The position numbers and the translations under genes were made by a program. From Clostridiales bacterium DTU073 (GTDB lineage Bacteria; Bacillota; Peptococcia; DRI-13; DTU073): a stretch of DNA of 64,000 nucleotides. Under the pieces are notes generated by a model. The model made no database searches, had not been told where the DNA came from, and saw only the letters and a program-made list of their open reading frames with translations. How positions within the stretch are numbered: position 1 is the first letter of the stretch; every line of letters starts with the position of its first letter. The DNA lies in assembly GCA_001512665.1 (NCBI GenBank), contig LFSF01000038.1:1859-65858 (forward strand), written 5' to 3'. This document shows, in pieces, positions 56,411 to 64,000 of this stretch.

Positions 56411-58330
56411 ATGGGATATTTACAACAAATTAACAGCCCCCAAGATTTAAAAAAGCTTAAAATTACCGAACTAGATAAACTAGCTGAAGAAATTCGGTTA
56501 TTCCTCTTAAAAACCGTGGCAAATACCGGAGGACATTTAGCATCAAATCTAGGTGTTGTTGAATTAACTTTGGCTTTACATTATCTTTTTGATACCTCCA
56601 AAGATCGTTTAGTATGGGATGTTGGTCATCAATCTTATGTGCATAAAATATTAACAGGCAGAAAAGATGTATTTTACGGTTTAAGGCAGTTTGGCGGATT
56701 ATCCGGTTTTCCCAAGCGAGAGGAAAGCATTCATGATGCTTTTAATACCGGTCATAGTAGCACCTCTATTTCTGCTGCTTTGGGGTTTGTTTTGGCGCGG
56801 GAACAGTTGGGCGAAGACTATAAGGTTGTAGCTGTTATCGGTGACGGGTCAATGACCGGCGGTGAAGCTTATGAGGCTCTAAATCAGGCCGGAAACTTAA
56901 AAAAGGACCTCTTAGTAATTTTAAATGATAATGAAATGTCCATTTCTAAAAATGTGGGGGCATTGCCATCATATTTAAGCCGTTTACGTTCAGATCCATT
57001 TTATACGAGAAGAAAAAAGGATATTGAATTTCTCTTAAATAAGGTGCCGGCGATAGGACCTTCGGTGGCCAGGGCCGCAGAAAGGGTTAAAGACAGTTTG
57101 AAATATTTGCTGGTACCGGGAATGCTTTTTGAAGAATTAGGCTTTACTTATTTAGGACCAATAGATGGACATCATATCCAGAACTTAATTGGTGTACTGA
57201 AAAAAGCACAAGATTTAAAGGGTCCGGTTTTACTTCATGTTTTGACGAAAAAGGGTCAAGGATATGAACCTGCCGTAAAGAATCCGGCTGAGTTTCATGG
57301 TGTGGGCAGCTTTGATTTAAGTACGGGCAATATTCCTAAAAACCCAGGACCACCAACATATACAAATGTTTTTGCAGATACAATTGTTGATTTAGCAGCT
57401 CGTGATGAACGTATTGTCACTATTACCGCTGCAATGCCGGAAGGTACCGGTTTAAATAAATTTGCGAAGAAGTATCCACAAAGATTTATTGATGTGGGTA
57501 TTGGCGAGCAGAATGCTGTTACTATGGCTGCTGCTTTGGCTTTAAAAGGACTGCATCCGGTAGTGGCAATTTATTCAACTTTTTTGCAAAGAGCATATGA
57601 CCAAATATTACATGATGTTTGTTTACAAAATGCTCCGGTTATCTTTGCCATTGACAGAGCAGGTTTAGTAGGCGAAGATGGACCTACGCACCATGGGGCA
57701 TTTGATTTATCATATTTACGACATTTGCCGGGGATGTCCATTTTAGCTCCTGCTGACGAAGAGGAGCTTCGGCACATGTTATATACGGCACTTCGTTATC
57801 AAGGACCGTCTGCAATACGTTATCCTCGCGGTAAAGCCATGGGAGTATCTTTAACTGCAGATTATCAGGAGATTCCATGGGGAAAAGCAGAGCTGTTGAC
57901 GGAAGGAAAGGATTTCTTAATCTTAGCAGTTGGCTCAATGGTTTATCCGGCTTTAATTACGCGAGAAATATTAGGGGAAAAAGGTTTTTCCAGTACAGTT
58001 GTAAATGCACGTTTTGTTAAACCGTTGGACGAAGAGCTGCTTATGGAGCTTGTACCACAGCATAAATATCTTGTGACGGTTGAGGAAAATGTTATTGCCG
58101 GAGGATATGGTAGTGGTGTTTTGGAGTTTCTTAGTCAAAAGAGGATTCCTACCAACAATTCTCTGCTGTTAGGTCTGCCTGATGAATTTGTTACTCATGG
58201 TGAACAAAATCTCTTGCGGGAAAAGGTAGGTTTGACTTCTGAAACTATGGCGAAAAAAATTATGGAGCATTTTTCTCTCAAAGAACGAAAGGCAACAACT
58301 AAGCCCAAGATTTCTTTTTTGCGAAGATAA
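56411..58330 (+). CDS. dxs: 1-deoxy-D-xylulose-5-phosphate synthase
   Basis: GGHLASNLGVVELT, TPP motif GDGSMTGGEAYEALN and DRAGLVGEDGPTHHG. Confidence 0.97.
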   Translation: MGYLQQINSPQDLKKLKITELDKLAEEIRLFLLKTVANTGGHLASNLGVVELTLALHYLFDTSKDRLVWDVGHQSYVHKILTGRKDVFYGLRQFGGLSGFPKREESIHDAFNTGHSSTSISAALGFVLAREQLGEDYKVVAVIGDGSMTGGEAYEALNQAGNLKKDLLVILNDNEMSISKNVGALPSYLSRLRSDPFYTRRKKDIEFLLNKVPAIGPSVARAAERVKDSLKYLLVPGMLFEELGFTYLGPIDGHHIQNLIGVLKKAQDLKGPVLLHVLTKKGQGYEPAVKNPAEFHGVGSFDLSTGNIPKNPGPPTYTNVFADTIVDLAARDERIVTITAAMPEGTGLNKFAKKYPQRFIDVGIGEQNAVTMAAALALKGLHPVVAIYSTFLQRAYDQILHDVCLQNAPVIFAIDRAGLVGEDGPTHHGAFDLSYLRHLPGMSILAPADEEELRHMLYTALRYQGPSAIRYPRGKAMGVSLTADYQEIPWGKAELLTEGKDFLILAVGSMVYPALITREILGEKGFSSTVVNARFVKPLDEELLMELVPQHKYLVTVEENVIAGGYGSGVLEFLSQKRIPTNNSLLLGLPDEFVTHGEQNLLREKVGLTSETMAKKIMEHFSLKERKATTKPKISFLRR

Positions 58331-58356
58331 AGACCATAAAGTAAGCAAGAAGAGGA

Positions 58357-59187
58357 TTGTATATGCATAAAATTCGCTTAGATCAATTGTTAGTTAATAG
58401 AGGACTGGTCTCTAGCCGGGAAAAAGGTAAAGCCTTGATTATGGCCGGACAGGTTTATATCAATGGGGAAAAGGCGGAAAAACCGGGGACAGGTGTTTAT
58501 GACGATACAGTTGTGGAAATAAAAGGAGAAGGTTTGCCATATGTAAGCAGAGGCGGTTTGAAGCTAGAGAGGGCACTACAGGAGTTCGAACTGGATATCC
58601 AAGATAAGCTTATCTTGGATATTGGTGCTTCCACAGGTGGATTTACTGATTGTGCCTTAAAAAACGGGGCCAAAAAGGTTTATGCCGTTGATGTTGGTTA
58701 TGGTCAGTTAGCGTGGTCTTTACGTCAAGATCCGCGTGTTGTGGTTATGGAAAGAACAAATGCACGTTATTTAACCACCGAGGATATTCCTGAAGCAATA
58801 GAGGTCATAACCATTGATGTCTCTTTTATCTCTTTACGAAAACTACTTGCTCCGCTTTATGCTTTATTAAAGGAAGACGGTTTTATTATTGCTTTGATTA
58901 AACCGCAATTTGAAGCAGGAAGAGAGCAAGTTGGGAAAAATGGTGTAATTAAAGAGCAAACCATTCATCAGCAGGTTATCGAAGATGTGATAACTTACAG
59001 TCAGAAATTAAACTTTATCGTCAAAGGATTAACTTATTCGCCAATTAAAGGACCACAAGGCAATATAGAATTTTTGCTTTGGTTACAAAAAACAGCATGT
59101 TTAAACAAGGATAATAATGAAAATATAGATGAAGAACTGCGTTTAAAGATAAAGAATGTCGTAGCTGAAGCACATCAGGTTTTATAA
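58357..59187 (+). CDS. tlyA: TlyA-family rRNA 2'-O-methyltransferase (S4 + FtsJ domains; ATG 58363 possible)
   Basis: IRLDQLLVNRGLVSSREKGKALI (S4 domain) and LDIGASTGGFTDC (SAM motif). Confidence 0.9.
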   Translation: MYMHKIRLDQLLVNRGLVSSREKGKALIMAGQVYINGEKAEKPGTGVYDDTVVEIKGEGLPYVSRGGLKLERALQEFELDIQDKLILDIGASTGGFTDCALKNGAKKVYAVDVGYGQLAWSLRQDPRVVVMERTNARYLTTEDIPEAIEVITIDVSFISLRKLLAPLYALLKEDGFIIALIKPQFEAGREQVGKNGVIKEQTIHQQVIEDVITYSQKLNFIVKGLTYSPIKGPQGNIEFLLWLQKTACLNKDNNENIDEELRLKIKNVVAEAHQVL

Positions 59188-59209
59188 ATAAGCCGGAGGA
59201 TTTGAAGAG

Positions 59210-59671
59210 ATGACACCGCTTGAACGAGTAAGGGAATTTTTTGCGAAAATTCCTTCACCACCGGAAATTATCATTTTTGAACAGGATACTTCTACATCAT
59301 CATTAGCCGCTCAAGCACTTGGCGTAGAGGTAGGACAGATTGCCAAGTCTCTTGTTTTTACCGGAAAAAAGGGTGAGGCGGTGATGGTAGTAACCTGTGG
59401 TGATGTAAAAGTTGATATTAAAAAGTTAAAGAGTTTAGTAGGGTTTAAACCTAAATTTGCTACAAGTACTGAGGTTAAAGCTTTAACCGGCTATTCGCCG
59501 GGCGGGGTATGCCCGTTTGCTTTGCAGACAGACCTACCGATTTATCTTGATGTGAGTATGAAGAGGTATCCACTTGTCTATACGGCTGCCGGTACATCTA
59601 ATACAGCTGTGCCTATTGAATTTTCCCGTTTATTAGCAATTACCGGTGGAAAAAGCTGTGACGTGTGTTAA
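59210..59671 (+). CDS. YbaK/EbsC-family aminoacyl-tRNA trans-editing domain protein
   Basis: 153 aa. IAKSLVF and TGYSPGGVCPF motifs are typical of YbaK/ProX-type deacylases. Confidence 0.8.
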   Translation: MTPLERVREFFAKIPSPPEIIIFEQDTSTSSLAAQALGVEVGQIAKSLVFTGKKGEAVMVVTCGDVKVDIKKLKSLVGFKPKFATSTEVKALTGYSPGGVCPFALQTDLPIYLDVSMKRYPLVYTAAGTSNTAVPIEFSRLLAITGGKSCDVC

Positions 59672-59697
59672 ATACTTTTGAATTAATGGAGGAAAAG

Positions 59698-60564
59698 ATG
59701 ATTAATTCGCTGGGACTAATAGTAAATTATCGTCAACAAAAGCCGGTTTTGATGGGGAAAAAATTAATAGAAAAGTTTAAAAACAGAGGCATTGATGTCT
59801 TTGTTTTAGAAGAGGAAGGAGCTTATTTAGGAATTGATTCCTCTTTTATTACAGCTGATTTTAGCGAAAACGTTCAGTGTGTTGTGGCTTTGGGCGGTGA
59901 TGGTACATTTTTGCGTGCGGCGAGAGCCGTAGCACCTTTTGGAGTACCTGTTATCGGTATCAATATGGGGACATTGGGTTTTTTAACTGAAGTAGAAGTT
60001 AGCGAATTAGAAGATGCTCTGGAAAAACTCTTTCAAGGTGCATATTGGCTTGAAGATAGAATGATGCTACAAGTAAAAATTAAGCGTCAGGGGGAAACAA
60101 TTAAAAGTTTTCATGGTTTGAATGATGTTGTTATTAATAAAGGACCGCTGGCGAGGTTAAATACTTTGGAAATATATGTAGATAAAGAATATGTTACTAC
60201 TTACAAAGCAGACGGTGTGATTTTTTCTTCACCTACCGGGTCCACAGCCTATTCCTTGTCGGCAGGAGGACCTATTGTCTATCCGGAAATTGATGTAATA
60301 ATTATGACACCTATTTGTGCACATACACTTGATGATCGTCCCATTGTTTTACCTCCGAATAAAACAGTATGTGTGAAGATTATTAATCAGGCTGATTCTA
60401 TGCTCACGATCGATGGTCAGAGTGGTTTTAAATTGCAAATTAATGATGAAATAATCATTGCCAAAGCTCCTTATCGCGTGAAGATGATTAGGCTTAAGGA
60501 AAAAAGGTTTTTTACAATTCTGCGAGAAAAGATTAAAAAAGAAAGTAGTGCTTGTGATGAATAA
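59698..60564 (+). CDS. nadK: NAD kinase (track ORF from 59665; GGAGG RBS favours ATG 59698)
   Basis: ALGGDGTFLRAAR, NMGTLGFL and STPTGSTAYSLSAGGP motifs. Confidence 0.95.
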   Translation: MINSLGLIVNYRQQKPVLMGKKLIEKFKNRGIDVFVLEEEGAYLGIDSSFITADFSENVQCVVALGGDGTFLRAARAVAPFGVPVIGINMGTLGFLTEVEVSELEDALEKLFQGAYWLEDRMMLQVKIKRQGETIKSFHGLNDVVINKGPLARLNTLEIYVDKEYVTTYKADGVIFSSPTGSTAYSLSAGGPIVYPEIDVIIMTPICAHTLDDRPIVLPPNKTVCVKIINQADSMLTIDGQSGFKLQINDEIIIAKAPYRVKMIRLKEKRFFTILREKIKKESSACDE

Positions 60565-61123
60565 GCTGCTCAAAGCTACCGGATTTTCACACCACCTTTT
60601 GGCACAATTTTTGGGTAACGGACAAAAAGTTATTGATGCAACAACAGGAAATGGCTATGATACACTGTTTTTAGCAGAAGCCGTAGGACATTCGGGGTTA
60701 GTATATGCCTTTGATATACAGGAACAAGCATTGCAAAAGACAAGAGAATTATTAGCAGAACATCATTGTCTGCAACAGGTAAAATTAATACATGCAGGTC
60801 ATGAAAAAATTAAGGAATATGTTCGGGAACCCGTACAAGCGATTGTCTATAATTTAGGTTATTTACCGGGAGGAAATAAAAAGATAATTACCCAAGCTGA
60901 GACAACATTACTTTCTTTACAACAGGGAACAGAGTTATTGAGTCCAGGTGGTGTAATTTCATTAATAATTTATCCGGGTCATCCCGGCGGTCAAAAGGAA
61001 GCAGAGCTTATTGAATCTTATCTTGGTACACTCTCTCCACGAAGATGGCAAGTATTAAAATGGTCCAGAATAAATGGCAATTATGTTAAGGCGCCTTATG
61101 TCTTATTTATGCTAAAGTCTTGA
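60548..61123 (+). CDS. YtqB/MnmM-like class I SAM-dependent methyltransferase (GTG 60548 or ATG 60557 start)
   Basis: VIDATTGNGYDTLFLAE SAM motif and YNLGYLPGG motif, typical of the putative rRNA/tRNA methylase family PF06962. Confidence 0.8.
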   Translation: MLVMNKLLKATGFSHHLLAQFLGNGQKVIDATTGNGYDTLFLAEAVGHSGLVYAFDIQEQALQKTRELLAEHHCLQQVKLIHAGHEKIKEYVREPVQAIVYNLGYLPGGNKKIITQAETTLLSLQQGTELLSPGGVISLIIYPGHPGGQKEAELIESYLGTLSPRRWQVLKWSRINGNYVKAPYVLFMLKS

Positions 61124-61157
61124 TACTCTTGTTTTATGTAAAAAGGAGGGCATTTTT

Positions 61158-61610
61158 TTGAAGGCAAAGAGACAAAGAAAAATTAAAGAAATCATTAAAA
61201 ATAATGATATTTCTACTCAGGAAGAATTGGCAAATGCTTTGAAAAAGGCGGGCTTTAATGTTACACAGGCTACGGTTTCCCGTGATATTAAAGAGTTACG
61301 CTTAGTTAAAATTGCCAGGAAAGATAACGTCTATGTTTATGGCCTTCCCAAACAGCAAGCAATCGTACATAGTGAAGATAGATTGCGTTTGATGATGCAG
61401 GAATTTGTACAAGATATAAATTTCAGTGAAAATCTGATTGTGTTGAAAACATATCCCGGTAATGCCCATGGAGTTGCTTCTCTTCTTGATTCGTCTAACT
61501 GGGAAGGAATCATCGGAACGTTAGCAGGGGATGACACCATTCTTTTAATTATTAAACCAAGAGAAAAAGTCGAAGATATCCTCAACAAATTAAAAAGTTT
61601 AATGAAGTAG
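61158..61610 (+). CDS. argR: Arginine repressor ArgR/AhrC (TTG start)
   Basis: Winged HTH ISTQEELANALKKAGFNVTQATVSRDIKEL and C-terminal GTLAGDDTILLI. Confidence 0.95.
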   Translation: MKAKRQRKIKEIIKNNDISTQEELANALKKAGFNVTQATVSRDIKELRLVKIARKDNVYVYGLPKQQAIVHSEDRLRLMMQEFVQDINFSENLIVLKTYPGNAHGVASLLDSSNWEGIIGTLAGDDTILLIIKPREKVEDILNKLKSLMK

Positions 61611-61619
61611 GTGTAAAAG

Positions 61620-63287
61620 ATGTTAAATCATCTGTTGGTTAAGAATTTCGCCTTAGTGGAGGATTTGGCTGTTGATTTTTCTGACAATTTTAATGTTATG
61701 ACCGGTGAAACTGGAGCCGGAAAATCAATTATTATTGATGCTTTAGCCCTACTTTTAGGAGGTCGAGCCCAATCGGAATTCATTCGTACCGGAACAGAAA
61801 AGGCTATTATTGAAGGGGTTTTTTATCTTCCGCCTGATCATTATATTTGGGAATTCTTGCATCAGTTAGAGATTGACCGGGATGATTCAATGTTAGTACT
61901 TAGTAGGGAAATCTCTTTAAATGGTAGAAATGTCTGCCGAATAAATGGGCGTATTTTTACCTTAGGACAATATCAACAGGTGGGACTAGCTATTGTTGAT
62001 ATTCATGGACAACATGATCATCAGTTACTTTTGCAAGGAGATAAGCATTTATATCTTTTAGATAAATTTGGTGGACAAGAACATCAAATATTAAAGCAAG
62101 AAGTAAAAGAAAAATATGAAAGATATTTGCACATTAACAGGGAGCTTCAAGAGTTAAGGGCTTCGGAAAAAGAGCGTTTACAAAAGATAGATTATTTAAG
62201 TTTTCAAAGAGATGAGATTAAACAGGCGCAGATACAACCCGGTGAATTTGAAGAATTATCGCAAGAAGTTAAATTGCTTGCTCATGCGGGGAAAATCAAT
62301 GAAAATTTGCACTGTGCTTATGAACAGCTTTTTGGAGGAGAAAGTGGTATTTCTGCTTATGATCTTTTAAGTAAAGCCTTAAGTAACCTGCAAGAGCTTA
62401 ACGATTTTGCTCCTCCTTTACAAGAAATGTTTACCCAATTAGAACCTGCACTTTATTTAATTGAAGAAATTGCTTCGCAAATCAGGGATTTTAAAGAGGA
62501 ATTGGATTATTCACCTGCACGGCTGGAAGAGTGCGAAAATCGCTTATACTGTTTGAAAAATCTATGTAAAAAGTATGGACCAACGATAGAAGATGTACTT
62601 CTTCATGGGCAGAAGGTTGAAGCAGAATTAGAAAAGTGGCTTTCCAGTTCGGAAAGATTAGGGGAATTAGAAAATAAGGTAAAACAAGTATATGAAGAAT
62701 ATCGTCAAGCGGCTATAACTTTGTCTGCTAAAAGGAAAATAATTGCTGATATAATTGAGAAGAAAGTGATTGCTGAGTTAGTTGAGTTGGCAATGCCTAA
62801 TGTGCAATTTGAGATTAAATTCTTTCCCTGTGAACCATCTCAGCATGGCTTGGAACAGATAGAATTTTATATCTCTCCTAATCCGGGAGAACCCTTGTTA
62901 CCTGTAGCTAAAATTGCTTCTGGTGGAGAGCTTTCCAGAATAATACTGGCATTAAAGATTATTATGTCAGAGATAGATGAAATCGGTACATTAGTTTTTG
63001 ATGAGATTGATGCGGGTATTGGTGGAAAAACTGCTCAAAAAGTTGCAGAAAAATTAGAACGTATTAGTAAGTGTCAACAAGTAATCTGTGTTACTCATTC
63101 ACCACTTATTGCTGCTATAGCAGACCGTCATCTTTTATTAGAAAAAGTAATCGAGAAAGGTCGTACTCGTACAATTATCCATCAATTAAACGAAGCAGAA
63201 AGAATTGAAGAATTGGCTCGCATGTTAGGTGGTGACAATCCTTCAGAAGAATTAAAAAAATATGCAGGCAAAATTTTAAAAAAATAA
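61620..63287 (+). CDS. recN: DNA repair protein RecN
   Basis: Walker A GETGAGKSIIIDAL, long coiled coils, signature ASGGELSR and Walker B LVFDEIDAG. Confidence 0.97.
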   Translation: MLNHLLVKNFALVEDLAVDFSDNFNVMTGETGAGKSIIIDALALLLGGRAQSEFIRTGTEKAIIEGVFYLPPDHYIWEFLHQLEIDRDDSMLVLSREISLNGRNVCRINGRIFTLGQYQQVGLAIVDIHGQHDHQLLLQGDKHLYLLDKFGGQEHQILKQEVKEKYERYLHINRELQELRASEKERLQKIDYLSFQRDEIKQAQIQPGEFEELSQEVKLLAHAGKINENLHCAYEQLFGGESGISAYDLLSKALSNLQELNDFAPPLQEMFTQLEPALYLIEEIASQIRDFKEELDYSPARLEECENRLYCLKNLCKKYGPTIEDVLLHGQKVEAELEKWLSSSERLGELENKVKQVYEEYRQAAITLSAKRKIIADIIEKKVIAELVELAMPNVQFEIKFFPCEPSQHGLEQIEFYISPNPGEPLLPVAKIASGGELSRIILALKIIMSEIDEIGTLVFDEIDAGIGGKTAQKVAEKLERISKCQQVICVTHSPLIAAIADRHLLLEKVIEKGRTRTIIHQLNEAERIEELARMLGGDNPSEELKKYAGKILKK

Positions 63288-63293
63288 CATTAT

Positions 63294-63329
63294 TTAACCT
63301 TTCGCCTAAACGCGGAAGGTTAATTTTTT
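63294..63329 (+). terminator. Intrinsic terminator after recN
   Basis: TTAACCTTTCGC-CTAAAC-GCGGAAGGTTAA (12-bp stem with one G-U pair) followed by TTTTTT. Confidence 0.85.
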
Positions 63330-63422
63330 CAAGACATAAAAAAGCTTGTTTTAGGTTATTTTAAAAATAGACTTAATCTTTAAAAATGAGGGAGGATTTG
63401 CCGGAGTCAGGAGGATTAATTA

Positions 63423-64000
63423 TTGACTAGGCTAAGAAAATGGCAAATCCAAGGATTGTTTTTAGTTTTTCTTCTACTGACTCTTTTTATGATTCCACAG
63501 TTACAGGTATATTATAGTACACAGGAAAAGCAGCTTCTTTCAGTTGGTGAACCGTTAGAAATCCTTTTAAATTTACCTCCTTCTCTCCGCAATGCTGTTG
63601 ATATTTATATTTGTGCCGGACAAAAGCTTTTAGCCATGGAGGGACAAGATTTAAAACAGGGTAAATATATTTTAGGTGATAATGCCCCTGTTGTAATTGA
63701 ACCGGGACAAGTTAGTTTAGAATTAAAATTATTTGGTTTGATTCCTTTTAAAAAAATAAATGTTGATATTGTTCCGGAAATTCGTTTAATGCCGGGTGGT
63801 CATTCCATTGGTGTGCTTTTAAGGACAGAAGGCGTGATGGTAGTTGGTTATTCTCCTATTCTTAACCAAGACAATGAGCCTTGTTTTCCGGCGCGAGATG
63901 CTGATATTAAAGTGGGAGATGTGATTACTCATATTAATGACGTAGAAATTTTAACTGATGATCAACTGCAAAATATTTTAGGAAAAGTAAGTCAGCACAA
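63423..64000 (+). CDS. spoIVB: Sporulation signalling serine peptidase SpoIVB, N-terminal part (runs off the 3' end; TTG start; not in the ORF track)
   Basis: My translation: MTRLRKWQIQGLFLVFLLLTLFMIP...IRLMPGGHSIGVLLRTEGVMVVGYSPI...GDVITHINDVEI (TM anchor + PDZ). RBS AGGAGG. Follows recN as in Bacillus. Confidence 0.85.
   Translation, partial: MTRLRKWQIQGLFLVFLLLTLFMIPQLQVYYSTQEKQLLSVGEPLEILLNLPPSLRNAVDIYICAGQKLLAMEGQDLKQGKYILGDNAPVVIEPGQVSLELKLFGLIPFKKINVDIVPEIRLMPGGHSIGVLLRTEGVMVVGYSPILNQDNEPCFPARDADIKVGDVITHINDVEILTDDQLQNILGKVSQH

Noticed and set aside
63330-63422. Search for forespore (SigF/SigG) promoter motifs upstream of spoIVB
   Set aside because: I could not find a convincing match to the -35/-10 patterns I remember (G-H-A-T-R / C-A-T-n-n-T-A with a 17-18 nt spacer), so no promoter is called. 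The tiny ATG ORF at 63386 (14 codons) has no support.

Overview
This is an AT-rich, very gene-dense 64-kb window from a low-GC, endospore-forming, PolC-type Firmicute with Clostridia-like gene order. All roughly 75 credible genes lie on the + strand. There are three blocks. (1) nt 1-26050 is the distal part of a large fla/che flagellar-chemotaxis operon: fliI (5' truncated by the window edge), fliJ, a ylxF-like gene, fliK, flgD, a small conserved flagellar operon protein, flgE, flbD, motAB, fliLMY, cheY, fliO/Z, fliPQR, flhBAFG, a PilZ protein, cheBAWCD, sigD, a DUF342 gene and two unknown genes. (2) nt 26050-49850 is the conserved housekeeping run rpsB-tsf-pyrH-frr-uppS-cdsA-(YtvI-like permease)-dxr-rseP-ispG-proS-(GT2 + MgtC insert)-polC-rimP-nusA-ylxR-ylxQ-infB-rbfA-nrnA-truB-ribF. 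(3) nt 49850-64000 holds two small unknown genes, then asp23-amaP-DUF2273-nusB-(TsaD-like paralog)-folD-xseAB-ispA-dxs-tlyA-ybaK-like-nadK-ytqB-like-argR-recN and the 5' part of spoIVB. By eye I found no tRNA or rRNA genes, CRISPR arrays, transposases, integrases or recognisable defence islands, so this is core genome rather than an accessory region. The most unusual observation is that polC (1231 aa) cleanly lacks the DnaQ-like 3'-5' exonuclease insertion that normally splits the PHP domain, while all PHP metal-ligand positions look intact. Secondary items are a receiver-less CheB, a PilZ gene inside fla/che, three poorly understood genes at the operon tail, a two-gene small-ORF cassette where rpsO-pnp is expected, a TsaD/Kae1 paralog between nusB and folD, GT2+MgtC wedged between proS and polC, and several leader, terminator and palindrome elements. 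All calls rest on motif recognition by eye and gene order; no database searches were run.
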